A stretch of DNA of 64,000 nucleotides, taken from the NCBI GenBank assembly GCA_963693365.1, contig CAVNZM010000008.1:8932818-8996817 (forward strand). The letters are read 5' to 3'. The stretch is from Amoebidium appalachense. Its lineage: Eukaryota; Protista; Ichthyosporea. Below are positions 27,408 through 45,977 of the stretch, piece after piece. Both the position numbers and the translations under genes were made by a program. The notes below the pieces were generated by a model. It had not been told where the DNA came from. It saw only the letters and a program-made list of their open reading frames with translations, and made no database searches. Position 1 is the first letter of the stretch. Each line of letters opens with the position of its first letter.

Positions 27408-28525
27408 GTGGCTTGCTCCCCTTTGGTGGCGACCATGGTAGGCTTGCCCAGTGGTTCACCCCCGAGGTTTTGGCCCGTGTCCCGGAGGTGGCCCGCACCA
27501 TCACTCGGCTGTCAGTGGGCGACAGCACGGAGTCCTCCTACTCGTCCTACCAGCGCCAGTTTATCGACTTCATCTACGCAATGGACTGCCGCAATCCTGA
27601 TGGTGGCTACCTGCCAGCCTGCCCAGCCCAAGTGCAGCTGTTCCTTGCCTGGTGCGCCATGCGTGCGGTGCAAGCCCGGACCATGCCCAGCATCGTCTCC
27701 GCCGTCAACAGCCTGCACCGCAGCTTGGGCATGGCACCACCAGCGGGCTCCGGCCAGCAGAGCCTTCAGTGGTTTATCCGCGGGGCTGGCCGCTTCCTGC
27801 TGCTGGAAGGAAGCCACCGGCCCAAACGAGTGCTCGAGCCCCTCCTCCCAGCCGACCTCCGCGCCCTCCTCCCAGTCATCCAACCGGGCTCTTCATTGGA
27901 GGCCCTGCGTCTGTGGGCTGCCCTGCTGCTTGGCAGCTCGTGCCTCCTGCGCTCGGGCGAGTTCACGTCCAAATCTGCGGCCAAGTTCAACCCCCTCCTT
28001 CACGCCAAGCGTCGCGACGTCCAGCTCCTATGGCAGGATGGCCGCCTGATTGGGGCAACAGTCTTCCTGCCGACATCTAAGACCGACCCCACGGGCAAGG
28101 GTGTTACCATCCGGGTGCCCGCCTTCCCGGAGGAGCCTTCCTTCTGCCCAGCAGCCAATCTAGCCCTCTTCCTGGGGGTCTCGTCAACCAGGGCAGGCAT
28201 CCACCCAGATGCACCCCTGTTCAGCGTCGACGGCAGCCCTTACCTCAAGAGCACCTTCATCGCCGGTTTCCGCACAGCTCTACACCATGCGGGCTACGAC
28301 CCCGACCGGTACGCCGGCCACAGCCTGCGCATAGGGGGGGCCACTGCAGCTGAGAGAGCGGGCCTACCTGACGCCACCATCAAAGCCCTTGGCCGCTGGG
28401 CATCAGACGCATTCATGGTCTACATCCGGCTGCCCCACCGCGACGTGCAAGCCTCCATTGCCACCGTCTGGTCACACCAGGGCCTCGCCACGGGACCTTG
28501 GGGCGGACCCCCTACATCGCAGTAG
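27408..28525 (+). CDS. Tyrosine recombinase (Ngaro ORF3)
   Basis: LLRSGEF, SKTD, GHSLRIGGATAA, LGRWASDAFMVYIR: complete R-K-H-R-W-Y catalytic set. No in-frame ATG near the N-terminus. Confidence 0.92.
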
Positions 28526-29822
28526 GGGGGCCTTGTGGTGCGGGGGGGCTCATGGCATGGACCCCCCCTGGCGGCCCCCGCCTCGGCCAGCCCCTTGGGT
28601 GCAGGCACGACGGCCTGCACTCCACGGACACGGGGGGCATGAGGCAAGCACGAGTGAGTGATGTGAATGTACGTTTCATATGCGCAGCAGATGAAAGATG
28701 TTTCACGGATCACTTCGGGCGCAGGCAGCCGGGCGGCCCATGACGTCACGGGCCGCGGCGCCAGGCGCAGCCGCAGCGGCGGCTGACATCGGTCTGGCGC
28801 AGCGCCTGACGTCAGGCGCCACCAGCGCCGGTATTTCCGGCGCAGCACACTGCAGATGCAGGCCACCTTCGTTTTCGCCGTGTGCTGCACGTACGGTTTT
28901 TGTTAGCACGATTGCGTTTTCGGTGGCTAGCACACGGCGGCTCCCACCCACCCACCTCTCAGTCTGTATACATGACGGTGTACGTATGCGACTGTGACTG
29001 GCTCACAGCCCGATTGCAGCGGCAATAAAGCATGTCGAGGCGGGGCCCAGCCCCGGCTGGTGCGGGGGGGGCTCATGGCATGGACCCCCCCTGGCGGCCC
29101 CCGCCTCGGCCAGCCCCTTGGGTGCAGGCACGACGGCCTGCACTCCACGGACACGGGGGGCATGAGGCAAGCACGAGTGAGTGATGTGAAATCCAGTCAA
29201 AAGAAAAAAAAATATTTAGGTACATGTGGGATAGATCGATCTGGGGATCTATCTCGAGAAAGTCGAAAAATTGAGGCGGGATAGATCCAAATATCTCGTG
29301 GTCTAGGTGTATACATATAAGTATTTGGGGACCTGTAGGCAGCTTAAAGGGCTGTGGATTCATTGGCCCATGTTAGAGAAAGATTTAGAAAAACACCAAT
29401 GGCGTAGTTTTCTTTGAGGTGGGCAAAAGAACCATATATGGTCGACGTGGCCCAGCTTTTTATTGGCCTACGGTGTTTTGGCGGGCAACCTAACACCACT
29501 TAAAATTTTGCAATTTGGAGGGAAACGATGGTGGTGGTTCGTTTGTAACACCGATACAAACAGTCGCTTGTTTACGCCAATCAAAACATTATTCGGGGCG
29601 ATGGCTGACCTTGAAAGATTTTTTTTTTTGAAAGGTATATATGCTGTAACTCGCTATTGTTTGTCTGCTCTCTGCAGCAAAGACTCTCGATCCACTCACA
29701 CTAAGTGTGCCCCCCTCCTGCCTTGCCGTACCTGGCCAACTTTTGCTGCTGCAGATTTTCAATGCATTTCCATGTGCACAAATCTCCCTGCCTGCCCTAA
29801 GTCCATAATCACACTAAGTGAG

Positions 29823-29856
<34 letters not shown>

Positions 29857-31094
29857 CCTCTGGATCTTGAGATTTTTGACGAGATATTTACAATAGGTAC
29901 ACTGTGGGAAAGTCCGAGATAGATGAAAGATATTTAGGTAGGGTTTGGGATAGATCAAAAGAAATTTAGGTGCTTTTTTTTGAGAATTTCCGGGAAACGA
30001 TCTAAGATATTTAGGTAGGTTTTGGGATAGATCGGTAGGTTTTGGGATAGATCATGTGGCTGGGCCTCCGGCAGTGTCCACGCAATAAAAAGTGTGTAAA
30101 CCCCAAGAAAGAGCCACTTGATATTTAGGTACCTTTTTTGAGATAGATTTACAGACCCCTAACACTAATCACCAAAACAGTCCAGATCTGTCCGATGACA
30201 CACAACAGGCTTCCGTCATCTGACGGTGTGTTTAACTTTTGCAGTCAAAAGAAAAAAAAAACCTTTGAATGCTAATTCAGTGATATGGTGCACAAATTTA
30301 TCCGTATGTAGGCCTACAGTACATACAGGCGAGAGTTCGGCGCGATTTATATTGCCTACTGGCATATGGTTACAATAATATACAAGAATGTATCTACAGT
30401 ACGAGTCTGTGAGCCTAATTTTGTTACTGCCTCATACTCATGACTCGTGGAATCTCCCAGTGGATGATTCTAATAATGATTAGACTTGGCAATCCACGAG
30501 CAACCTAGAGACACAAGTGACCGCACCGAGTCGGGGCTTCCCCGCACCCAATTTTTTTTTAAACGTTCCCAGCTTCCGGTTTCAGCAGTATTTGGACCCT
30601 TTGCATGCCTACACTGATATACACATATACTTATTATTTCAGTCTAGTATACATACCAGTAAATGTTATATATTTATGGGCCTTCTCATGCTATTTCAAC
30701 GTGACTATAAATATAATGATATCAATAAGCACTAATAACACCATGGTGATCGGGGAGATCTACACAAAACAGTCATGACCATGGACCGTATCCAACTCTG
30801 CACTTTGTTCAATCTCAGAGCACGGCCACGGCTAGTCACTTTGAGTGCTGTCTCCCTGCGGCCCGGCTCAACATACAAGGTTTATGTTGCCGCAGGCGAC
30901 ATACACGGCGTAGTAGTGCCCAGTCACTTACGTAAGCCAGTGGGTACATGGCCTGGGGTCGACTAGGCCATGGCCATCATAAATAAAAACAACCAAAAAG
31001 TAGGAATATTAGCGCGCACGCACGCATATATATACTTCCGCGTACGTACGTAAGTTTTTTTGGGCCCGGGCCTGGGGTTGGAGTTTTGGGCCCC

Positions 31095-31192
31095 GAGGAG
31101 GAGGAGGAGGAGGAGGAGGAGGAGGAGGAGGAAGAAGAGGAGGAGGAGGAGGAGGAGGAGGAGGAGCTGATCAGGAGGAGGAGGAGGAGGAG
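31095..31192. repeat. (GAG)n trinucleotide tract
   Basis: About 30 GAG/GAA units followed by poly-G; no flanking coding context. Confidence 0.9.
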
Positions 31193-31908
31193 GGGGCGGA
31201 GGGGAGAGGGAACGGGGGGGGGGGGGGGGGGGGGGGGGGGGGAACCTGCCAATGTTGTTATCAAAATCGTTATCACGATTGATTTGATAGGGAATGCTGA
31301 AGCTATATTGTGTAATCAGTGTAGTCGAAGAGCCTTGCCAGTGAAGATTCCTCAATTGCATACGCCTTACACGTCTCGCCTATGCATAATCATGATCTGA
31401 ATATCATCATTAGTTATTCATGGCCCAGCTTGCTGTTTTGCCGTCCGCCGACTGGTTTCGGTGTTCGGGCATGCATGCCCACGAGGCTCGAAAAGTTTAT
31501 AAAAAAATTGTTCTGCAAAATATACACAATAGATTTCGTTGCTCCTGGTCTGCCACGGCGCCACGGCGGATTCAATGTCAATGTCAAAATTTCATATAAT
31601 GAGCTCGAGACTCAATGGGGGTTTGGCCCTGGTAAGATTTATATGCAATAGTATTACATGCATGCGTGCATATGCCACCATGGCCACTTATGCCACCATA
31701 ACAACGCATAATTCCCAATAAAAACAAGTCCAATCATTCTTCCCCTGAGAGAGTCAAGATGGCTCAAAAATTAAAGTTGCTCACTGCGCTTCCATCCCCT
31801 CTCCCCCCCTCTCCCCCCTCCCCCCTCCCCTCCCCTGAGTCCCCCTTCCCCCTCCCCCCCCCCCCCCCCCCGGGCACACACGTATGATGGATGGTCGCCG
31901 ACAACAGC

Positions 31909-31962
<54 letters not shown>

Positions 31963-31978
31963 CTCTCTCCCCCCCCCC

Positions 31979-32081
<103 letters not shown>

Positions 32082-32281
32082 CTCTCTAGATCTCTCCTCT
32101 CTCTCGAGACTCTCTCTCTCTCTCTCTCTACCCCCGCCTCCCTCCCTCCCTCCCTCCCTCCCTCCCTCCCTCCCTCCCTCCCTCCCTCCCTCCCTCCCTC
32201 CCTCCCTCCCTCCCTCCCTCCCTCCCTCCCTCCCTCCCTCCCCTCCCCCCCCACCCCCCCCCCCTCCCCTCCCCCCCCCCC

Positions 32282-32376
<95 letters not shown>

Positions 32377-32760
32377 CACCTCTCTCCTCCACGTGCACAC
32401 ATGCACAACTGTCAACGTCTTGACACACAAACGACACCAGGCACACCCGGTGTACTGACGGTAGCACATTCACAGATTATTTTGATTCGAACTATTCGAC
32501 TGGACTTCCAACACATTGCTTGCACAATGCACGCATGCGCGTGCGCGCAAGCGAACACACACGCACACACGCACACACACACACACACACATACGCACAC
32601 ACACACACACAGACACACGCACATACATACACACGGAAACACACACACACACACACACAAACACACCCGTGTGACACACACACACGCACACATACACACG
32701 AAAACACACACACACACAAGCAAACAAGCACAACAGTGTGACACACACGGAAACACAGTG

Positions 32761-32831
<71 letters not shown>

Positions 32832-32930
32832 CACACACACAACAGTGTGATACACACACACACACACATACACACACACACACACATCTAAAAACACACA
32901 CACACAAACACAACAGTGTGAGACACAAGG

Positions 32931-32977
<47 letters not shown>

Positions 32978-32989
32978 CACTCACTCACT

Positions 32990-33023
<34 letters not shown>

Positions 33024-33150
33024 CACAGCACACACAACAGTGTCATACCGTGACACACACACACACATACACACACACATACACATCTAAAAACACACAC
33101 ACACAAACACAACAGTGTGAGACACACGGAAACACACACACACACACACT

Positions 33151-33205
<55 letters not shown>

Positions 33206-33712
33206 TCACTCACTCACTCAGTGACTCACTCACTCTCTCACTCGCTCACACATGCGCACCCTACACGCGCACGCACACACACACACGCACACACACACAC
33301 AAAAAAAAAAACTTTAAGAAAGAAAAAAAAAATTACTAAGGCATACTTGCGCCATATACATGATGTTTATTATTCTTTATTTTTATTTTATCCCGTTTTG
33401 TTCCTTGAGGGACCCCCCAGGGGGGGCCTCATAGGAACTACTGCCTTCCACACATCATGCACACCGACTGTACCCTAGTTAGGGTGCTAACTTAGTGTCA
33501 TGTACTATAACTCAATGTGACGCCATTAGGGTCTCTGAGGATGGTAACCACCATAATAAGCTTAAAAACGGTGGTGTGGGGGGTAAAAACAGTGTACAGG
33601 TTCAAATGGGGACGGGGTAAAAATAGTTAATACACTGGCCCCCATGGACGAAGCGGTAACGCTCAAACAGAGCACCAACACACACACATTTAAAACTATT
33701 TGACCATTGAAC

Positions 33713-33839
<127 letters not shown>

Positions 33840-33887
33840 GTGATACATACACACAGTACACAAACACACCGTGACACACACAGTACA

Positions 33888-33960
<73 letters not shown>

Positions 33961-34448
33961 CCCCCCCCCCCCCCCCCCCCCTCTTCCCCCGCACACATGA
34001 CATGGGCAAAATTCACCATCTCAATGACAGAATGCTCGAAAGATAGACCACGAGTCTCGTAACATGACAATTGAATAGAACGACACGTTCCGCCATTAGC
34101 AGTCTAGATCTGTAACTTGATGTAATACATAATAGAGAAAGCCCCCTGAGACTCTCACCTGCACAACATAAGGCCGGTGGGCAAATACGCTGATACATTC
34201 GTACGCGTATAACAGCAAAAACTTAAAAGTAATACTCCTCGGATCGAGGAGTATTACCTGAGCTTAGTGCTAGAAGAGTAACCAGCTATCTTTTATTAAG
34301 GCAGCTCATGTTTGTCTCAGTTAGGCTTCCCCTCCGCGGCCGGTTCATAGCCACATAGCCCCAAACCCATAGCCACCCAAATACAGCCAAACGCATGCCC
34401 CCCCCCCCTCCCCCCGCCCCCCCTCCTCCTCCCGCTACACACACACAC

Positions 34449-34568
<120 letters not shown>

Positions 34569-34830
34569 GGAGGAAGCGAGGTAGGGTGGGAAGAGGGGGG
34601 GGGGGGGGGGGGGGGGGGGAGGAGAGGGAGGGAGGGAGGGGGGGGAGAGAGAGAGAAAAAGGGGGGGGGGGGGGGGGGGGGGGAGAGAGACGGGGGGGAG
34701 GGGGGGGGGGGGGGGGGGGCCAACATCTTAAAATCCAGAGGCATCCAGGCAGGCAGGCACACACGGAAACTCGGTACTATCTTGCACTTTCTTAAGGCTT
34801 TACGTATGTGGTTGCGTGCAACTTGGCGCG

Positions 34831-34883
<53 letters not shown>

Positions 34884-35089
34884 TCCAAAAATTGCCACAA
34901 ACGTTCACGAACACAATAGGGTCTAGGCATATACGTGTACACACACACACATTGCTTGACTTTGAAATAGGAGGCCGCAAAACATCTTGTCACTGTGACA
35001 AACGGTTGCCTTACAATGAGTAAGTTATTTATGAGAAATCTCCTGTCACACTATTCATCCTTTGCCCCGGAGGGGGGGGGAGGGGGGGG

Positions 35090-35585
35090 GGGGGTTTGAA
35101 TGCGGAACACAGTACGAAGTACGCATACACGATGAGAAGCATGGTGCAGGACACATGCAAAGGCAAACATTCAACTATGCAGCATCAGCCATGCGCACAG
35201 TATGCGTCATAAGCAGAGCCCATCCTCAGGGAGGGCCCAAGTCATCAATTGCGTCTGAGTTTCGACCCCTTAGCCCGCGTATATACGACGCTCCAACTCA
35301 GACAGCAGCATCAACTGAACTTGGGTGGGTCAACCCGTCTTGATCAAAGACGAGCAGGGTTGCTTATGCAAGCAAGGTGAGCAAAACGGTGAAGATGTGT
35401 GTGCAAACTAATGCAGTGCAGCGACAAACGCGTGTGCTTACAGATGCACGACACAGAGCAACCATGCCCGGTTGCATGGAAGTAAAGATGTCTCCACACA
35501 GTGGTCTGTCCTGAAAGGACACCTCTGAAAGAAGACAGGGGGGGTTTGAATGCGGAACACAGTACGAAGTACGCATACACGATGA
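35090..35585 (-). mobile_element. Structured repeat family, longest copy (~440-bp unit plus duplicated tail)
   Basis: The tail TCATCGTGTATGCGTACTTCGTACTGTGTTCCGCATTCAAACCCC occurs at both ends (35095-35135 and 35540-35585), giving a partial-tandem, pseudo-LTR-like layout. Confidence 0.9.
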
Positions 35586-36276
35586 GGGGGTTATATCAGT
35601 TGCTAAGTGTCTCCAAGCGGCAGCCACTCACACACACCCCAAGCCCCACCATAACAGAATTTTGGTACATGCTTCCCACATCATGCTTGTTTTTAATATT
35701 TGAAATTGCATGATAATTCTCTTACCATACTATTATCATCCTCCTACAACTACTACACACCATTACATATCTGTTAGACTACGGAAGTTACCTAGCTATG
35801 TAGGTCGCATTGACCCACTTTACCCTCGGGGGCGCCCTGGGAACTCTCCCAGTCGCTACATCAGCCAATACGAGCTCCGACAATATGGAACACCATGTTC
35901 TACGGTTGCTATAGGGTGAAAATCATGGATACCTATTGGCACATCCCCAGGACAGGTTAACGCAATTTGATAACACATAATACAATTCGAAAAATCAAAT
36001 TCGTGAACATTTCCGTGAATCCCATGGGGTCATAATCATGGATAAATCATGGATATCTACAGAAAAGGGGAATGTTTGCAAGGGAAAGGCCAAAGATCGA
36101 GGGGGAAAAATAGAAAAGAAAAAAATAATCAGAGAGAAGGCAACGTGTCCCCCCCCCCCCCCCCCCAACACAAACACACACCCCAACACCACCAACAACA
36201 AAAACCTACAAAACAACATTAATGGCTTGTTGTTCTGACTTTTTAGTGAGCATCTGTACACCATTATTGAATCTGC

Positions 36277-36569
36277 TCAGTTATCCTTCGTCCCATCTCC
36301 AATCCCGCTGGCCCCTTTCTTCTCCGTCTGGAGAGCCAACAGCAGGTTCTTGGGATTATACCTCCCCTGGGCGAACCCATCGATTAGCAGCCCGATCGCA
36401 ATCGCGATCAACCCTGCCTGTAGAACATATGTTGGTGTCCCCAGGTGGTACTTTTGGAAACCTAGAAGGGCCGCCCACACGCCGAAAATGTATGCGAGGG
36501 CACCGACTGCCCGATGGACGAGTAGGAACCCACGAAGGCCCTTGGTTACACCGCCCTTGCTGTGGGGAT

Positions 36570-36600
<31 letters not shown>

Positions 36601-37109
36601 AAGGAAGAGAGAGAGAGGGTGAGGGAAAGCGGGGGAGGGAGAGAGAGAGGAGAGACAGACAGAGAGACAGACAGAGAGAGAGAAAGACAGGCAGACAAAA
36701 CGAGATATATAGGGAGAGAAAGGGAGTGGGGGGTGGGGATTGGGAGATGGGTGGGATGTGGTGGTGGTGGTGGTGATGGTGGTGGTGTTTGGGGTGGGGG
36801 GGGTGGGGGTGGGGGAGGGGGAGGGGGGGGGAGGGCGAGGGGGGGGGGGGGGGGAGGGGGGAGGGGGGGGGGGGGGGGGGGGGGGAGAATGAGGAAGTGA
36901 GTGAGAGAGGAAGGGTGAGCGAGGGAGGAAATAGGGGTTTAGATATGTTAGAGTTCGAAGTACAGATTTGCGACGAACAACAGAATGCAGATTTTGCCTC
37001 CCCGAGTCTCCCTTCCTCCCCCCCCCCCCCCCCCCCCGGCCTCCCACCAAAAAAAGAGCACACAAAGAGTGTGCATGATATGTGTAGTGCGTGTGTTGTG
37101 TGTGTGTGT

Positions 37110-37149
<40 letters not shown>

Positions 37150-37396
37150 GGGGCACAGCCAGCATGGTGTGGGAACGAGGGCCGGTGAGGGAAGGAGAGG
37201 GAGGCAGTCAGAGAAACACAAACGAAAAAAACTATTTAGGAACAGAGCTGGGATGGAGCTCTCTTTGGTTAAAGTTTGGGCAAAGATCAAGTTTTGAAAT
37301 CCCTCAAAAATAGGAGGGGTAAGAGTTTTACGTATTTCCTAAAAAGGTAAAGAAGTCGTTTTTCGTTGCATTACTAATATAAAAAAAAAGAATACA

Positions 37397-37468
<72 letters not shown>

Positions 37469-37912
37469 GCACGCGCGCACGTACGCACGGACAAACGGTT
37501 CATATTCTTTCTCTTCATTTCACAAAAATTAGCAGCAATGCAGATTTTAATATCAACCTTACTTTTCTTCCATGAAGTTCTTGAGGGCGCCAGGTAGTTC
37601 CTCTGGCTTAAGGCTCGCCACCCACCCATTTCCCAGGGCCCAAAACGAGAAAAATATCGCCAGACCCCCAACCCAACTGTGATACGAAGCAAAATGCGGA
37701 CGGTCGTTTTTGATCTTGTTTGCAACGATCGCACCGACACCGGCAAGATTGAAGAGGAAGGCCACCCACTGGGCTAGCTGATGCATCTGCACCATGTTCT
37801 CCTGTGTGTGTGTGTGTGTGTGTGTTTTTTTTTGTTTTTTTTTTTTGGGGGGGGGGGAGGGGGAGGGGAAGAAGGGGACGGGGCGGAGGGGGGAGGGGGC
37901 AGGGAGAGGAAG

Positions 37913-37946
<34 letters not shown>

Positions 37947-38290
37947 CAAGGGGCAGGAGAAGTCCCGGGGGTTGAGTGAAAGGGCGGGTGGTAGAGGGTG
38001 GTGGTGGTGTGTGTGTGTAATGTGGGTGTGTTTGGTGGCAAGAGGGGGATGGGGGCGGGAGGGGTTATATTGTGTTTCAGAGTGCGAAGTACACTTCACG
38101 ACGGACACCACATACTAATGTGTGTGTGTGTGTGTGTCTGTGTGTTGAGGAGGGGGGCCGGGGGTGGGAGCGGGGGGAGGAGGGGGGGGGGGGGGAGGAG
38201 AAGAAAAGAAAAGGCCAGAGTGCAAATGCGAATCCTATTCATCATAAGTAGACCCCACAGGAATAGGGTGGGACGGAGGAGAAGAGGGAG

Positions 38291-38335
<45 letters not shown>

Positions 38336-39557
38336 CTTGGAAAGGAAAAAGGAAGACGGGGAAAGATTTTTGAGGACGGCAAAAACATGAGCAATTGGGC
38401 AACTTTAGGGATGAGATGGGTGCTGGAGTGAGAGGGGGTTGGGGGAAGAGAGCAAACGGATGGTACGTACAGGTTTTGAACCAAACACTTGCGACAGAGG
38501 ACCACAAGAAAGAACGATTGAGAAAGTAGGAATTGGGGTGGGAGGCGAGAAGAAACTGTGTCTGAGCCGGCACCGGGGGGAGAGGAGGGGGGGGAGGGGG
38601 GGGGGGAGGGGGACGGGGGGAGGGTCAGCAGGAGAGGGGGAGAGGAGGGAGGATAGAGAGACCATGAAAAAGATAGAAAGGACGGGAGGGGGAGGGGGAG
38701 GAGGGAGGGGGAGACAGGGGGCGATAGAGGGAGAAGGAGGGGGGAGAGGGGGGAGGGGGAGGGGGGGGGGAAGAGAGAGAGGGGGCGGGCGGGGATGGAG
38801 AGAGGAGATAATGAGAGAGGGGGGAGGGAGGGAGGGAGGGAGGGAGGGAGGGAGAGAGAGGGAGGGAGGGAGGGAGGGAGAGAGAGGGAGAGGGAGAGGG
38901 GAAAACGATGTGGGAAATAGTATGTATCTTGTGAAATGTCTGTTTGCGTGTTGTGCCTTCAAAAGACGATTGAAAAAGGTTATAGTCAGGAGGAGATTGA
39001 AAAAGGTTATAACCGTAAGGAGATAGAAGCATGTAGGTAAGCATACGAACCTTGAAAAGCCATGAATTTTTTAAGAGCAGAAAGTATTCAAAATAGATAG
39101 GCAACAAATATTTAACCAGAAACTCTTGGCTCTTTTTATTAGATGGACCCCCCTACCCCCCCCACTTCCCCCCTTCCTCGCCCCTTCCCCCTCTCCGTAC
39201 CTTCCCCTCCCCCCTCAACACGCACACGCCCCTGCTCTCTCAGTCGGTCAGAAGTACTGGCTTTCTTTGTCGTTAACCAACAATGTATCCATAGAAATAA
39301 AACTGAGCAGGCAAACAGCTGTGTAAGAGGAAACAGGAAATACCGTACACACACCATGAGCCGAGAAAAACACATACCTTCTCTTTTGGAGGAAGTGTAC
39401 GTGCCGTTTTGGCAGTGACTATTGCGCTAGTCATAACCGCCCCGTAGCCCGCAGCCAACATGACCGGGTGGTAGGAAAATAGGGAGGAGTCAAAGTAAAG
39501 GTAGGCTGTGTACCCTGCCCACACAGCACCGAGGGTGCGAAGAACGATAGAAGACAT
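36277..39557 (-). CDS. Cytochrome b561-domain protein (CYB561D-like), ~233 aa; exons 39557-39378, 37801-37563, 36559-36277
   Basis: Four heme-ligand His in LFSYHPVM, QMHQLAQ, HFASYHSWVG and LVHRAVG, plus hydrophobic helices. Introns are GT-AG and phase-compatible. Confidence 0.9.
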
Positions 39558-40612
39558 GGTGGCGTAATCGTGTACGTGTGTGTGTGTGACGCGCGTGCCT
39601 GTACGTGTGCGCGTGGGGTGAATGTGTATACTTGTACACTGCGTAGGATTATGGGAGGTGCCGTTGTTGTCTGCAGGCTACAAACAGAAGGTGTGTTGTT
39701 ATGCACAAGCTGAAGGAGCTTCGTGTTTACATGTAGCCAAGCAAGTGCAGGGCGGAAAACATATCAATCCATTTGGGCCAGTATTTCGCATTTTGCTGTC
39801 AATACTCCCGTTCATTCAAAGGGATGCCGCCGGATGGGCCGCGGCAGGCCTGAGCTCCAGCCAGCGCAAATATATCTGGGTATTGTAAGTATAGTTCCAT
39901 TGTTGTGTATATAATAATTTAATGTATTATCATACTATACCGTGTAAGTGAGATGCTAACCCCGCTCGCTTCCGCTTTTCTCCCACTCACCCCCTTCTTT
40001 TCTGCGGTCTCGAGGCTCGACCGACCGGCTGTGCACGTGGGCTCAGTGCGGGCGCCGGCGTGTCTTGCACAATTGTCTTACATCAGATACTCTTATTTGT
40101 GCCACTCCCCTCTCCCCCCGCCTGGGGCACAAATTGCTAGCTTCCACCTCTCAATCTCTACGTCCTCTTCTAAGTTCATTATCGTCAAAACTATAGTTTC
40201 AACAAACTTAGAAACAGGCTATTCCTATCTGGAGTTACCGTAACAGGCGCACTTACGGGGCCTTCGATGATTCGAGTGCCTTGAGATATTGAGGCTGCCT
40301 TACAAATCCGTTCTTTCCGGCCAAATCCCCGTATTCCTAACCCTGATATCGCTCAGTTTAGCAACTTTAGCTGACAGAAAAGCTGTTTGATTGGTGCATT
40401 GTTAATATTTGGCGCGAAACGTTTTGGAGGGCCGTGGGGAAAGAATTTGCTGTTCATGTTGCAAGTATTTGTCTGTATGGTACTGTATGTTTGTGTGTGG
40501 CCTGAAACATCAACAAAACGGAAAAGCAAAAGGCTTTACTGCAGGGGAAAGCACCTTTGATTACTATATTACTAGTTTACTGTTCACGCATCCCAAACAT
40601 CCAATTTTGAAA

Positions 40613-45158
<4,546 letters not shown>

Positions 45159-45375
45159 GACCCCCTTCCCCAAGCGCGCGTGCACACACACAGGCGCGCT
45201 CATGTGCAGGCGCAGGTGCAGGCGCGCATGCACGGACAGGGGCACATGCATACTCGCGCACAGACATGCATACACGTTCACACGGACGCCAGCACACACA
45301 CACAAATACCGGTTCAAATATACGCATTTGTGTTTTGTGTGCAGGCACACGCACACACGCGCGCGCACACACGCG

Positions 45376-45544
<169 letters not shown>

Positions 45545-45725
45545 GAATGTGTTCAGCCATGAACTACTTAAAGATGGTTCGTTTTATTCCAATGTCGCTG
45601 ATTTGATGATAGAAATGTAAACCTTAGTGAAACGGTGTTTCTGATGTGTTTTTTTTTTTTTAGGGGGAAAAAAAGAATGGGAACTATCCCAAATCGTTGC
45701 AAGTAGGCTATCAGGGTTTTCCCCC

Positions 45726-45770
<45 letters not shown>

Positions 45771-45946
45771 ACTGCTTAAAACAGGATTCATATTCTGAGT
45801 GCATAATGTACATGCTGTTTAGTAAACCTGTCGTCACATATAGCGATTGGACTGGTTTCGCACAAACACTCTCTCCCTCTCCCCCCCTCTCCCCCCCCCC
45901 CCCCCCCCTCCCCCCCCCCCCCCTCCTTCCCCCCCCCGCCCCCCTC

Positions 45947-45977
<31 letters not shown>

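Larger units (their letters stand above)
23603..29190 (+). mobile_element. Ngaro-type tyrosine recombinase retrotransposon (A1-gag-RT-RH-YR-B1-A2-B2)
   Basis: Split direct repeats A1 23603-23873 = A2 28666-28936 and B1 28536-28667 = B2 29058-29190. RT, RNase H and YR motifs are present; no methyltransferase domain was seen. No conventional TSD; both junctions share an AA with the internal B-A junction. Confidence 0.93.
23188..30161. mobile_element. Non-autonomous hAT-type DNA transposon (carrying nested Ngaro element)
   Basis: TIRs TAGGGGTCTGTAGATCTATC / GATAGATTTACAGACCCCTA (1 mismatch). 8-bp TSD ACACTAAT at 23180-23187 and 30162-30169. Many subterminal GATATTTAGGT-type motifs (e.g. 23221, 23289, 29929, 30006, 30120). 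No transposase ORF recognised. Confidence 0.9.

Noticed and set aside
23221-30135. GATATTTAGGTA repeats as a CRISPR-like array
   Set aside because: Short, irregularly spaced and confined to the transposon ends, consistent with subterminal transposase-binding motifs.
30775-30850. TPP riboswitch-like CTGAGA…ATACGG on the minus strand
   Set aside because: Lacks the CUUGAU/GAUAAU/CGNAAG elements.
31086-31400. Poly-Glu ORF
   Set aside because: Trinucleotide repeat plus poly-G with no coding context.
33525-33560. CTGAGGATGG as another copy of the structured repeat
   Set aside because: No upstream GTCGAAAC, matching stems or family tail.
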